From assembly GCA_963674705.1 (NCBI GenBank), contig OY771506.1, positions 704,001 through 768,000 on the forward strand: DNA of 64,000 nt, in the 5' to 3' direction. How positions within the stretch are numbered: position 1 is the first letter of the stretch; each line of letters starts with the position of its first letter. The notes under the pieces are model-generated. The model was not told where the DNA came from. It ran no database searches and saw nothing but the letters and a program-made list of their open reading frames with translations. A program made the translations under genes and the position numbers. Below, in pieces: positions 19,052-28,178 of this stretch. Origin of the DNA: Phycisphaeraceae bacterium (lineage in GTDB: Bacteria > Planctomycetota > Phycisphaerae > Phycisphaerales > Phycisphaeraceae).

Positions 19052-20059
19052 TTACCCCAACCAATCCCACTCCACCAGACCGAGCGCCCCGTCTGCCGTC
19101 AATTCGTATTCCGCATTCAACGGCAGCGGCGCGTACTGCGGCCCATGCCCGACCGGTAACTGATACGCAACCGGGAAACCATACCGCTCCGCCTGCGTAA
19201 CGAATATCCCCTTGATCGCTTCAAAGTTTTCGTAAACCGGACGCAGCGGGATACGCTCGTGCTTGGATTTATCCGACATCACCATCGCCGCCTGCTCCGG
19301 CGAAGGTTTATGCTTGAGCACCTGGTACGCATCGTCCACACAATCCGTAAATTCACCCAGCACCACCGCCGCGATCCCATCCAGCCCGCCCGCCTGCGCG
19401 ATCTGGTTGAACAATGAATCCAATCGGTAATACCCTTCGCCAAGGTCTTCAAAGAACAGGATCTTCCCGGCCATGTCCTTCTCTTCCCAGGGCGTACCCG
19501 TCAGGTAATTCCACACCGCGAGGTTCCCGCCGATGAGTTTGCCGCGGATCGTTTGCTTCGGCGCGTTGGCCAGGTAGCGCATCCGTTCGTTGTGCCAGGA
19601 CATCGCGATCTTCTGCTGACGAACCAGCGCGAGTGTATCGTCGAAGTGCGCGTTACTGATGCTGTAAAAGTCGCTGGCAGGCATCGAGGCGTGCAGCGTC
19701 GACCAGCCCCAGCGCGAGTGTACGTAGTGATGCAGCGCAGTCACATCCGAATAACCAACCAGCAGCTTCTTCTTCGGCACGCCACGCAACGCGGTCAACT
19801 CATCCAATATCGGTAGCAACCTCGGCCCGCCCGAACCACCTCGGCCCGACCAGATCACGTCGATCTGCGGATCATGGGCAAACTCAAACAGCGCCTCGGC
19901 GCGCTCACGGTCCGTGCCGGCAAACCAGTAGTGCTGCTTGGCGCATTGCTCGTGCACTCGGACGTTGAACCCCGCGTTTCTCAGCTTATCAACGCCGAGC
20001 GACAGCTCGACCTGGGGCGTGGCGGAACAGGGACAGACGATGCCGATGTTGGTAATCAT
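19052..20059 (-). CDS. LD-carboxypeptidase (peptidase S66)
   Basis: AGTDRERA, GRGGSG, GYSDVT (Ser), GGNL, FFED (Glu), VGHG (His). Confidence 0.9.
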   Translation of the reverse strand: MITNIGIVCPCSATPQVELSLGVDKLRNAGFNVRVHEQCAKQHYWFAGTDRERAEALFEFAHDPQIDVIWSGRGGSGGPRLLPILDELTALRGVPKKKLLVGYSDVTALHHYVHSRWGWSTLHASMPASDFYSISNAHFDDTLALVRQQKIAMSWHNERMRYLANAPKQTIRGKLIGGNLAVWNYLTGTPWEEKDMAGKILFFEDLGEGYYRLDSLFNQIAQAGGLDGIAAVVLGEFTDCVDDAYQVLKHKPSPEQAAMVMSDKSKHERIPLRPVYENFEAIKGIFVTQAERYGFPVAYQLPVGHGPQYAPLPLNAEYELTADGALGLVEWDWLG

Positions 20060-20176
20060 GATGTTTGGGTCTTGAGTCTGGGGCCTGGTCGGATTCTTCA
20101 ATACACTTTGGATCCGCAAGGATATCGACATACCATAGCGGATAGTAGACGCATGATACCCAAGGAGAACGATCGC

Positions 20177-21223
20177 GTGTCAGACAACAGAACCATCAAG
20201 CTCGGCCTGATCCAGCACGCCTGCCCCGTCGGCTCGACCCCGCAGCAGAACCTGGATAAAGCGATACAAATGATCCGCGACGCCGCCGGCCAAGGCGCTC
20301 ATCTCGTCGCGACGCAGGAACTCTTCACCGGGCCCTACTTCCCGCAGATCGAGGATGATGCCCGCTTCGACCTCGCCGAGCCCATCCCCGGCCCGAGCAG
20401 TAGCGCCCTGTGCAAACTCGCCGATGAACTCGGCATCGAGATCACCGCCAGCCTCTTCGAGAAACGCGCGCCAGGCCTCTACCACAACACCTCCATCATG
20501 ATCGATCAACATGGCAAGATCGTCGGCCAGTACCGCAAGATGCACATCCCCGACGACCCACGCTTCTACGAAAAATACTACTTCACCCCCGGCGACGCAC
20601 CCCCAACAACAATACAACCATCCAATCCTTCCGGGGCCAACGCCGGTGCATGTTGCCCTCCCCCCAACGCCGGTCCCGAGCGCAGCGAAGGTCCGGGTAC
20701 TTCTTCACAAAAAACGGGGTCTGACCCCGTTTATCAATCATCATACTCTTCCCTCCCCAACCCACACGGCTTCACCACCCAGCACATGTCACGCGCCACC
20801 ACCGGCATGCTCGTCTGCTGGGACCAATGGTTCCCCGAGGCCGCACGCATCACCGCGCTCAAGGGCGCCCAGGTCCTCTTCTACCCGACCGCGATCGGCT
20901 GGTACCACGGCGAAACCGACGAGGAGAAACCGCGCCAACGCGAAGCCTGGCAGATCATGCAGCGCTCGCACGCCATCGCCAACGGCGTGTTCGTCGCCGC
21001 GATCAACCGCGTCGGCACCGAGGACGACCTCACCTTCTGGGGCCACTCCTTTATCGCCGACCCCGGCGGCCGCATCATCGCCCAGGCGTCCGGCGACAAG
21101 GAAGAAGTCATCGTCGCCGAGTGCGACTTGTCCAAAATCGAAGCCGTCCGCCGAGGCTGGCCCTTCCTGCGCGACCGCCGCGTCGACGCCTACCAAGGCC
21201 TGCTCAGCCGGATGCTCGACTGA
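20177..21223 (+). CDS. Carbon-nitrogen hydrolase, N-carbamoylputrescine amidase-like, with a ~57-aa repeat-derived insertion
   Basis: QELF, YRKMHIPDDP.FYEKYYFTPGD, VCWDQWFPEAAR, FLRDRR; AGGAG upstream of the GTG at 20177. Confidence 0.9.
   Translation: MSDNRTIKLGLIQHACPVGSTPQQNLDKAIQMIRDAAGQGAHLVATQELFTGPYFPQIEDDARFDLAEPIPGPSSSALCKLADELGIEITASLFEKRAPGLYHNTSIMIDQHGKIVGQYRKMHIPDDPRFYEKYYFTPGDAPPTTIQPSNPSGANAGACCPPPNAGPERSEGPGTSSQKTGSDPVYQSSYSSLPNPHGFTTQHMSRATTGMLVCWDQWFPEAARITALKGAQVLFYPTAIGWYHGETDEEKPRQREAWQIMQRSHAIANGVFVAAINRVGTEDDLTFWGHSFIADPGGRIIAQASGDKEEVIVAECDLSKIEAVRRGWPFLRDRRVDAYQGLLSRMLD
20662..20697 (+). repeat. REP-like family copy inside the coding sequence
   Basis: ccccaacgccggtcccgagcgcagcgaaggtccggg. 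Confidence 0.88.
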
Positions 21224-21457
21224 CCAATCTCCCATTTTTCGACACTTTCCCGCGTTCGTGCGCTCAAACGGTCAAACGGCCGGATAATCAACGCGTTTAC
21301 GACAGCCTTGTGCGCATACCCACCAATCACGACAAACCCGTGCGCCCGTTCTGTGGTGGATAAGTCGCGCACGGTGAGCGCGCGATTTGCATTTGACGTT
21401 AATATGGTTCAAGTATGATTTGCGGTGTCGGGGTTCGCCGCGCAGAACCCATTTTGA

Positions 21458-21721
21458 CACCTCCGACATCACCGGGAGCGCTCTCATACCAGCTTCCAAA
21501 TATCATGCCAGGATGTACGAGCAGTCCTCGACTTCGCCCGCAAACAAAACATCGACTTTCTTCAACAGCGCAAGATCGAATGTTCAGAACAAGACACATG
21601 GGACTACGGCACGTTGGCCACCCTGCTCTTCAACCGCCAAGGCGCCTACCGCGGCCCGTCCGATTCGACTTTTGTGTTGATGACGTTTGGTGAAGTTACG
21701 ATCAGGAAGAAGGCGGAGTAG
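21458..21721 (+). pseudogene. Start-less 3' gene fragment, DUF6882-like
   Basis: Open frame ...VRAVLDFARKQNIDFLQQRKIECSEQDTWDYGTLATLLFNRQGAYRGPSDSTFVLMTFGEVTIRKKAE* after an in-frame TGA. Family recalled from its pattern only. Confidence 0.45.
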
Positions 21722-21912
21722 TTGAAGCAGCATACTTTGTCACTTCTTGATTAAAGTGCGACACTCGGCAATCATGTATATTGAATTCGTCACTGACTAT
21801 CGAAGGAGGTGTGACATCATGCAGGCAAGAACAACGACTGGATTTGCATTCAATTTGATGAATACACCTGATCCATGCGCTTCTGGGAAGAGACTGAAAG
21901 GATACCTTCGAT

Positions 21913-22719
21913 ATGTCAATCGAAAGCAAGAACAGTTATTCTGCTGATCCGCACCTTGCGGAAGTTTACGATCAATTCGAGACACAAACAGAAGACGTCG
22001 ACCTGATACGTCGACTCATCGGGACTGAACCTGACCGGTCTATTTTTGAGCCATTTACAGGGACGGGTCGGATCGCTATTCCCATTGCTCGGGACGGGCA
22101 TCGTGTGATCGCACTCGATGATTCGCGGGTGATGCTGGATCGTTTACGACAGAAACTGTCGGATGAATCTCAAGCGGTTCGTGACCGTATCAAGATCGTT
22201 CATGCGAACGTGTTCGCGGCAAGCTGGCCGGACGATCAGGACGTCGTGCTGCTGGGTGGGAATTGCTTCTATGAGGTCAGTTCGTCGGATGAACAGCGAG
22301 CGTTAGTGTTTCGCGCGGCGGCTGCGCTTCGGCCGGGTGGGCATGTTTACATCGGACACGACAACCACCCGAGCGACCTGCTGGATGAGAGCTGGCGGCG
22401 TCCGCCGAACGATCCGCGTCCGGCTTATCCAAGAGGTGAGTGTGCAGACGGGACGCGCCTGGAGGCCACGAGCGAGACTGCGTGGTACGACGTGCACGGC
22501 CGGTTCGTGCACTACAAACGTCGGCTGAACGTGACCTCACCGGACGGAACGGTGACACAACATCTTTGGGAATCCACATGCCATCCAGCCATCATGGCCG
22601 ATACGCTGGCATGGACGGAACAGGCCGGACTGGTTGTCGAGCAGACGTTCGGCGATGTACACGGCATGCCTTATAAACCCGAAAGTAGTCGGGCTATCGT
22701 ATGGGCGCGACGGGATTGA
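21913..22719 (+). CDS. Class I SAM-dependent methyltransferase
   Basis: LAEVYD, EPFTGTGRIA, LRPGG, FGD..G.PY.PES.R.I..ARR. Confidence 0.85.
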   Translation: MSIESKNSYSADPHLAEVYDQFETQTEDVDLIRRLIGTEPDRSIFEPFTGTGRIAIPIARDGHRVIALDDSRVMLDRLRQKLSDESQAVRDRIKIVHANVFAASWPDDQDVVLLGGNCFYEVSSSDEQRALVFRAAAALRPGGHVYIGHDNHPSDLLDESWRRPPNDPRPAYPRGECADGTRLEATSETAWYDVHGRFVHYKRRLNVTSPDGTVTQHLWESTCHPAIMADTLAWTEQAGLVVEQTFGDVHGMPYKPESSRAIVWARRD

Positions 22720-22850
22720 TATGGGTTGCATCAGTGGGAACAAACGGGGCGGCGGTTTGCGTCCCGTTTTGTTTATGGGTAAGTCGTAGATCCAGTGTAT
22801 TGCGGCGCGACCGGTGGTCGCGGCTTTACATTATTGGCGTTAATTCAAAC

Positions 22851-23966
22851 TCACGCCTGCGCGAACTTTTTGCCGACGGCGAAGTGTTGGTATTCTTCTT
22901 CGCTGGGTCGGCCCCAGAGCGCCCACAATTCTCTTGTCGATGGGCTCATGATGCAGGCGCCGGCGGTTTCTACGTCGTAGCCGGGGATGGGGGATTGGCA
23001 GACGGAGAAGCCTTCTTCGGTGCGGATGCGGGTGAGTTCCATGAGTTTTTCGACGGTGAGTCGGCCGTGGTTCACGGTCAGGTAGGCGTGGGCCTGGTCG
23101 AGCCGGGTTTCGGTGCTCTGTCGCGCTTGCGGGGTTCGCGGGCGTTCGAGACTGATCATGGGTTGTTCGAGGCAGTGGTTGGAATGTGCGAAACTCTTTT
23201 CGAGCTTGGTGACGCAGCGCAGGGTGGGACCTGCTTCGACGTTGTAGCCTTCACCATCCGGTCCCATGACCATGTAGTTGTGGGCGCCGGCGAGGTCTGC
23301 CTCGGCGAGGATGTTCATGGCGGCATCGAGATCGGTTTGGGCGAGCATCTTGCGGACGACGAAGGGCCAGGTAACGCCGCGCTTGCCTTCGCGCGTGTAG
23401 AGGTTGCTGATGCCGACGCTGATGCCGACTTCGTTCATGCCGATCATGCCGACGCAGCCGTTGACGGTGAACGTGAGTGCGGCGGGCACGCCGTAGGGGT
23501 GGACCTCGAGCATTAAGACGTAGGGCTTGACGCCGACGTGCATATCCCAGGTCTGCGCGAGGTACGGGCGGTTGTCTTTGGCTTCGCCGGCCGAGATGAG
23601 GACGCCTGTGCAGCCGCCGGGGTCGTCGACGATGTGCTGATGCAGGACGTCGGCGAAGTCTGTGAAGCCGTTCATGATGAGCAGCTCATTCATAGGCACG
23701 CCCGAGCCGTCGGAGATGCCTTCGAGTTCGGCGCAGAGGTTGTCGTCGAAGCGGTGGTGATACGGCATACAGCGGTCGGCGAGGTCGTGGATGACGTGCA
23801 GGTGGATGCCGCCACCGGTCCAATCTTTGGACGAACAGAGTTGAAGTCGTTGCTGGGTGAGTTCGCCGATCTCTTTAGCAAAAGCCTGGCCGTGCTTATG
23901 GCCCATGCTGTAGGGATCGCCGCTAACGGAAAGTGTACGGATCGCTGGCAAAGCAGACACCTCCAA
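22851..23966 (-). CDS. Peptidase C45 family autoproteolytic acyltransferase/hydrolase
   Basis: G.PY.MG..HG, GGCTG, AQTWD, IGMNE.G, HSNHC. Confidence 0.88.
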   Translation of the reverse strand: MEVSALPAIRTLSVSGDPYSMGHKHGQAFAKEIGELTQQRLQLCSSKDWTGGGIHLHVIHDLADRCMPYHHRFDDNLCAELEGISDGSGVPMNELLIMNGFTDFADVLHQHIVDDPGGCTGVLISAGEAKDNRPYLAQTWDMHVGVKPYVLMLEVHPYGVPAALTFTVNGCVGMIGMNEVGISVGISNLYTREGKRGVTWPFVVRKMLAQTDLDAAMNILAEADLAGAHNYMVMGPDGEGYNVEAGPTLRCVTKLEKSFAHSNHCLEQPMISLERPRTPQARQSTETRLDQAHAYLTVNHGRLTVEKLMELTRIRTEEGFSVCQSPIPGYDVETAGACIMSPSTRELWALWGRPSEEEYQHFAVGKKFAQA

Positions 23967-24004
23967 GTGTGGTACGCGATGTGTTTGTTAATTATACGTG
24001 ATGT

Positions 24005-24062
24005 GGGGCTGGGGGCCAGTGGAATTTGGGGATTAGGGATTGGGGGTTGGGGATTCGTAATT
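24005..24062. repeat. G-rich heptamer tandem repeat
   Basis: ttgggga ttaggga ttggggg ttgggga; a C-rich counterpart lies at about 24220-24250. Confidence 0.7.
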
Positions 24063-24252
24063 GAGTATTTGAATTAATTCGGTTGATGCGGATTGACTGA
24101 CGCGGCGATCTGCGATCACCCGCTAAACAGTGGGGAATGGTCAGAAGCTGATCGCATGAGTAAGCAAATAACGTCACGGTCGTGATATTGATCGCCGGGG
24201 AAAACACTTGTTGCGACTAGACCCTGGGCCCTGGACCCTATACCCCAATTCC

Positions 24253-24966
24253 TCAATGTGTCAGCGCGTAGGCGAGGATGTTGACGTTTAGTTTCTTAGC
24301 GCTTTTGACTTCATTTCCGCCGCAGCAGCAGCAGTTGGGGCCGGCGTTGCCGGTGTCGTTGAGGCCGTCGGGCGACCAGATCATGACGACGCGGCCGTCG
24401 ATTTCGAGGGCTTCGAGGTAAGGCAGCCTGGGGCCGCCGGACTTGTAGCGGGACTGGGTGATGTCGTAGACACTGTGGTAGATGGGGTGGTCCGCGGTGA
24501 GTTTGGTGAGTTCGAAGTCGGGGAAGGCTTCGCTCATCATCTTCTTGAAGCTTCGGTTCCACGGCTGGGAGCTGCAGCCGGCGGAGGCGACGAGGAAGCC
24601 GCCGCCATAGAGATAATCCTGAAGGTTGGACAACTGCTGCTCGGTGAGGTCGAAGGTGCCTTCACCGGACATGACCGCGAAGGGGTAGTCGAAGAGTTCC
24701 GCTGAATCGAGGTGGACCTCGTCGAAGCCGGGGTGGGTTTTGATGTGCGTTTCCTCGGCAGCGGTTTTCAGGAAGCCATCGGAGAAGCAGACGGCTGTCT
24801 TGCCGTTATCGTAAACGAGCTTCGCACAATAGACGGCCGCTTCCTTGGGTTCGTTATCGACATCGTCCTCGGCACGGTCGGATTGTTGAGCGGAGAGCGA
24901 GGGGACGATGAGCGTGATGATTGCGAGCAAGGCAAGGAGACGGGATTTGTGGGTGATGGATTTCAT
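24253..24966 (-). CDS. DUF4159 domain protein
   Basis: LFDYPFAVMSGEG, YLYGGGFL, DHPIYHSVYDI, NILAYALTH. Confidence 0.85.
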   Translation of the reverse strand: MKSITHKSRLLALLAIITLIVPSLSAQQSDRAEDDVDNEPKEAAVYCAKLVYDNGKTAVCFSDGFLKTAAEETHIKTHPGFDEVHLDSAELFDYPFAVMSGEGTFDLTEQQLSNLQDYLYGGGFLVASAGCSSQPWNRSFKKMMSEAFPDFELTKLTADHPIYHSVYDITQSRYKSGGPRLPYLEALEIDGRVVMIWSPDGLNDTGNAGPNCCCCGGNEVKSAKKLNVNILAYALTH

Positions 24967-24994
24967 CGGGGTGCCTTGGAGGTATTTTAAGGTA

Positions 24995-25280
24995 ATCGAT
25001 GAGTAGTATTCAATATTTAATCTGTAATTGCTGATGTTTAATCGCTAATTGGGGGAGAGAAGAGTCGTTCACGGTTTGTGGCTAGGGTGGTGTGTCGATT
25101 GAGGGTGAAGATTGAATGTTAGCGAGTGAATATTAGCGTTTAACGATTAAAGATTAGAGATTAAATGCGGCCCGGCCCTTCGCTTCGCTCAGAACCGGCG
25201 TTGGGGGGAGTAAAGCCATTAGCCCTTAGCTGTTAGCCATTAGCACAAATCATAAATTATCAATCCTAAATCATAAATTT
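24995..25280. repeat. Heptamer arrays plus a REP-like copy (25171-25206, reverse)
   Basis: cccggcccttcgcttcgctcagaaccggcgttgggg; agccatt agccctt agctgtt agccatt; aaatcat aaattat caatcct aaatcat. Confidence 0.8.
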
Positions 25281-25289
25281 TTCCAGACC

Positions 25290-28178
25290 CTAATTCTCCT
25301 CTGCGATGCGTTTGAAGTAGGCTTCGGCTTGCTCGCGGTATTGGGTGGGTAGGGTTTGCAGTTGGACGGCCTGGAGGTTGTCGATGGTGGAGGGTTCGGC
25401 GTTGATGACTTCGGCGTATTGGTCGGGGTCGAGGTCGCTGTCGATGGATCGGCCTTGAGCACGGCGGGCGTTATTGCGGGCGCGGCGTGATTCGCTGTCG
25501 CTGTTGGGTTGGCCGGGCATTTGTGGGCCGATCATGGAAAGGCGCGCCATGTTGCCGGCCATGCCGTAGCCTGAACCGCCTTGAAGACCTGAACCCGGCG
25601 CGCGTTGGCCGGCGGCCATCTGTTGTAAGAGGCTCTGCATGTTCTGGCGGGGCAGGTTGAAGCAACCGTCGAGGTCGCTGCTTGCTTGTGCCTGGGCTTG
25701 ATCGACATCGGTCAGTAGCGAATCGAGTTGGTCGGCGGCTTCACGCGCGGCCTGATGTGCGAGCGGTCCGTTGCCTGCGTTGGCGGCTTTTTCGGCGGCG
25801 GATTGCGTGGAGACGATGCCCAGGCTGTCGATCCGGTCAGCGATGTCCAGCGCGCCGTTACTCATGCGCGGCAGCGTCTGGCTTGCATCTTCGGCCGCTT
25901 CACGCAGGGCCTGGGCTGCATCTTCCAATTCATCTCGCAGTTCGGCCTGTTCTTGGGCAAGCTTCTCAGCACGGGCCTGGTCTTGCGGCGAAAGCGGATT
26001 CGACTCGGCCAGGCTCGATAGACGCACCGCCAACTCATCCTGCGCCAGCGCGACCCGGCGGATGCGCTCGCCCTGCTGCATCAAGTCGTCGGCATGCCGG
26101 AGTTTTTCAAGCTCCGCTTGTGTGTATTCGGTTTGCTGCCGGGTTTCTTCGGAGAACGGTTCGTTCATCAATGCGAATTCGTCGGCAAGCTCTTGCATCT
26201 GCGATGGCTGGGACTGGCTGGAGTCGCTGTTTAGATGTTCGAGCGCATCATTGAGTGCTTGAGCGAGTTGCTGCTGGTTTTCCAAGTCGTCGGCGAGCTG
26301 CTCGAGCATCTGCTTGTAGTTTTCTTCAAACTCATACAGCGAGGATTGATCGGTGCGTTGATTCAGCTCCTCCGCCAGCTCAGAGCTTTGTTCGGCATAA
26401 TCGGTGAGGGCCTGCTGCAACTGCTGCATGGCTTGTTGTTGCTCATCGGTGAGCGCTTCGCCTGCGTTGAGCTGGTTCTGCAACTCGGCTAGTTCGTGGA
26501 GTAGTTCATCGCGCTGAGCTTCGAGATCACCTAAGCGATCGAGTATCACTTCGTACTCCGCGGCAAGGTCATCGATGCGGTACTGCGTGCGGGCGAGGTC
26601 CATGTACTGCTGCATGGTGATGATGTGGATCGCGTGGACGGGGGACTCGGTGGACTGCGGGGCGTCCGGATGATTGTCCTGCGCGCTGGCGAAGTATTTG
26701 AGCGTATCGCCTGCTCTTGCGTTGAACAGGTGCGGCTGGATGGTGTAGGCGGACCGGGCGACGGTGTGTGATGATTTTTCGAAAACGAGTTCGAGGTCGA
26801 TCGGCTGTGTAGGTTGATCGTTGATGCCGAGGTGTAGCGTGGTTTGATTGATGGCGATGTCGTCACCGGCTACGAATGTTGTATCGATCGGCCAACCTTC
26901 GGGGACGACGGCCTGACGGTCGGGCTCGAGGATATCGATCTTCGGCGGACGATCGGGAAGCGCGGTGAGTTTGCCTTGCAGTGTGTCGACGCCGGGCTTG
27001 TTGTCTGAGCCGGAGAGGGTGAGTTTGAATTCGCCTGAATATTGCAGGGGGAAAGTGACGGCTGCGATGCGCGCGTCGGTCGGGTTGGGCGTGAGTTGAT
27101 AGGTTTGGTCGGTGGGGGTTTGGTTGTTGGATGGTGTTGATGTAGTAAGTTCGAGCGAGCCGCCTGCGAGTGTGGTGTTGCTTTCGATGTGCAGCGTGAT
27201 GCTGGAGCCGGTAAGTGCACGGATGCCTGTGGAGGTCAGGCGGTAGTGTGCATCGGGCCAGTTGGTGTAGTCGGGGTAGTCGTATGTGATGGTTGCGCGT
27301 TCGATTAAGGGGGAGGTGTCGGGGGTGAGTGTGTAGAGCTTGCTTCGGCCGCGCTGTGTGGTGATGTAGAAACGGCGTGGGGTTTCGACGCGCTCTAGGC
27401 GGAGGGCGTAGTGGTAGGTTGTGTCCTCTTGCTGAACCGTTTGGTCTGGCGCGAACGTGCGATACATCGGCAAAGGTTGGGACTTGACATCGTCATCGAC
27501 GAAGACGATATGCGCCGGGCCGAGTTCGCCGGGGGCGGAGAGGTTGGCACGGATGGTGGCCGGTTTGCCGAGGTAGACGGGTTCGGGATCGATGCGGACA
27601 TGGAACTGAACGAGCGTGAAAGGCGGCAGGTCGGCAAGGGGCAGGACCAGGCGGGGGATCACGGCGTGGAAGATGGACGGGATAAGCAGGTAGATGATGA
27701 GTAAGCCGACGACGACTGCTGCGGCGGGTTTGAAAGCTTCCTTGACGGGGCGGCGGTCGATGATGGAATCAGGCGCGATGTCTTTGGCCGTCGCTTCGGC
27801 TTGCTCGATCGCTTCAGCTCGCAGCGAGGCGCTTGTGTGTGGATCGTTTTGCGATGCGAGGTCGATCGCGTTGATGAGCTGGTTATCCTTAATATCCAGG
27901 CGTTTTTCGATGTAGAGTGCGGCAGTGCGGATATCCGATTGGCCACGCAACATCGAACGCAGCAGCGGGCGCAGCGCCCAGACGGCAGCGGCGATGATCG
28001 CAAGATCAAGCAGCAACAGACCCGCGCCGGACAGAGCGTACCCCGCGTCGATCAAAACAGCGCCGGCGATGGATAACACGATGACTAATACCGCGCGCAG
28101 CGCATGACTTATCTGTTCGACGAGGTGCGTGGAACTTGCGACGTGATTCGTCAGGCGGTTGATGTGCGGGGTGTTCAT
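25290..28178 (-). CDS. Large membrane-anchored coiled-coil protein (DUF4175-like)
   Basis: N-terminal TMs, LINAIDL, YPDYT, DRPP, a long Q/E/L coiled coil, P..YRE..EAYFKRI; ATGA overlap with the upstream gene. Confidence 0.85.
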   Translation of the reverse strand: MNTPHINRLTNHVASSTHLVEQISHALRAVLVIVLSIAGAVLIDAGYALSGAGLLLLDLAIIAAAVWALRPLLRSMLRGQSDIRTAALYIEKRLDIKDNQLINAIDLASQNDPHTSASLRAEAIEQAEATAKDIAPDSIIDRRPVKEAFKPAAAVVVGLLIIYLLIPSIFHAVIPRLVLPLADLPPFTLVQFHVRIDPEPVYLGKPATIRANLSAPGELGPAHIVFVDDDVKSQPLPMYRTFAPDQTVQQEDTTYHYALRLERVETPRRFYITTQRGRSKLYTLTPDTSPLIERATITYDYPDYTNWPDAHYRLTSTGIRALTGSSITLHIESNTTLAGGSLELTTSTPSNNQTPTDQTYQLTPNPTDARIAAVTFPLQYSGEFKLTLSGSDNKPGVDTLQGKLTALPDRPPKIDILEPDRQAVVPEGWPIDTTFVAGDDIAINQTTLHLGINDQPTQPIDLELVFEKSSHTVARSAYTIQPHLFNARAGDTLKYFASAQDNHPDAPQSTESPVHAIHIITMQQYMDLARTQYRIDDLAAEYEVILDRLGDLEAQRDELLHELAELQNQLNAGEALTDEQQQAMQQLQQALTDYAEQSSELAEELNQRTDQSSLYEFEENYKQMLEQLADDLENQQQLAQALNDALEHLNSDSSQSQPSQMQELADEFALMNEPFSEETRQQTEYTQAELEKLRHADDLMQQGERIRRVALAQDELAVRLSSLAESNPLSPQDQARAEKLAQEQAELRDELEDAAQALREAAEDASQTLPRMSNGALDIADRIDSLGIVSTQSAAEKAANAGNGPLAHQAAREAADQLDSLLTDVDQAQAQASSDLDGCFNLPRQNMQSLLQQMAAGQRAPGSGLQGGSGYGMAGNMARLSMIGPQMPGQPNSDSESRRARNNARRAQGRSIDSDLDPDQYAEVINAEPSTIDNLQAVQLQTLPTQYREQAEAYFKRIAEEN

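Noticed and set aside
20597..20767. Intein or self-splicing intron in the nitrilase gene
   Set aside because: Too short, with no intein terminal motifs and no recognisable group I/II features.
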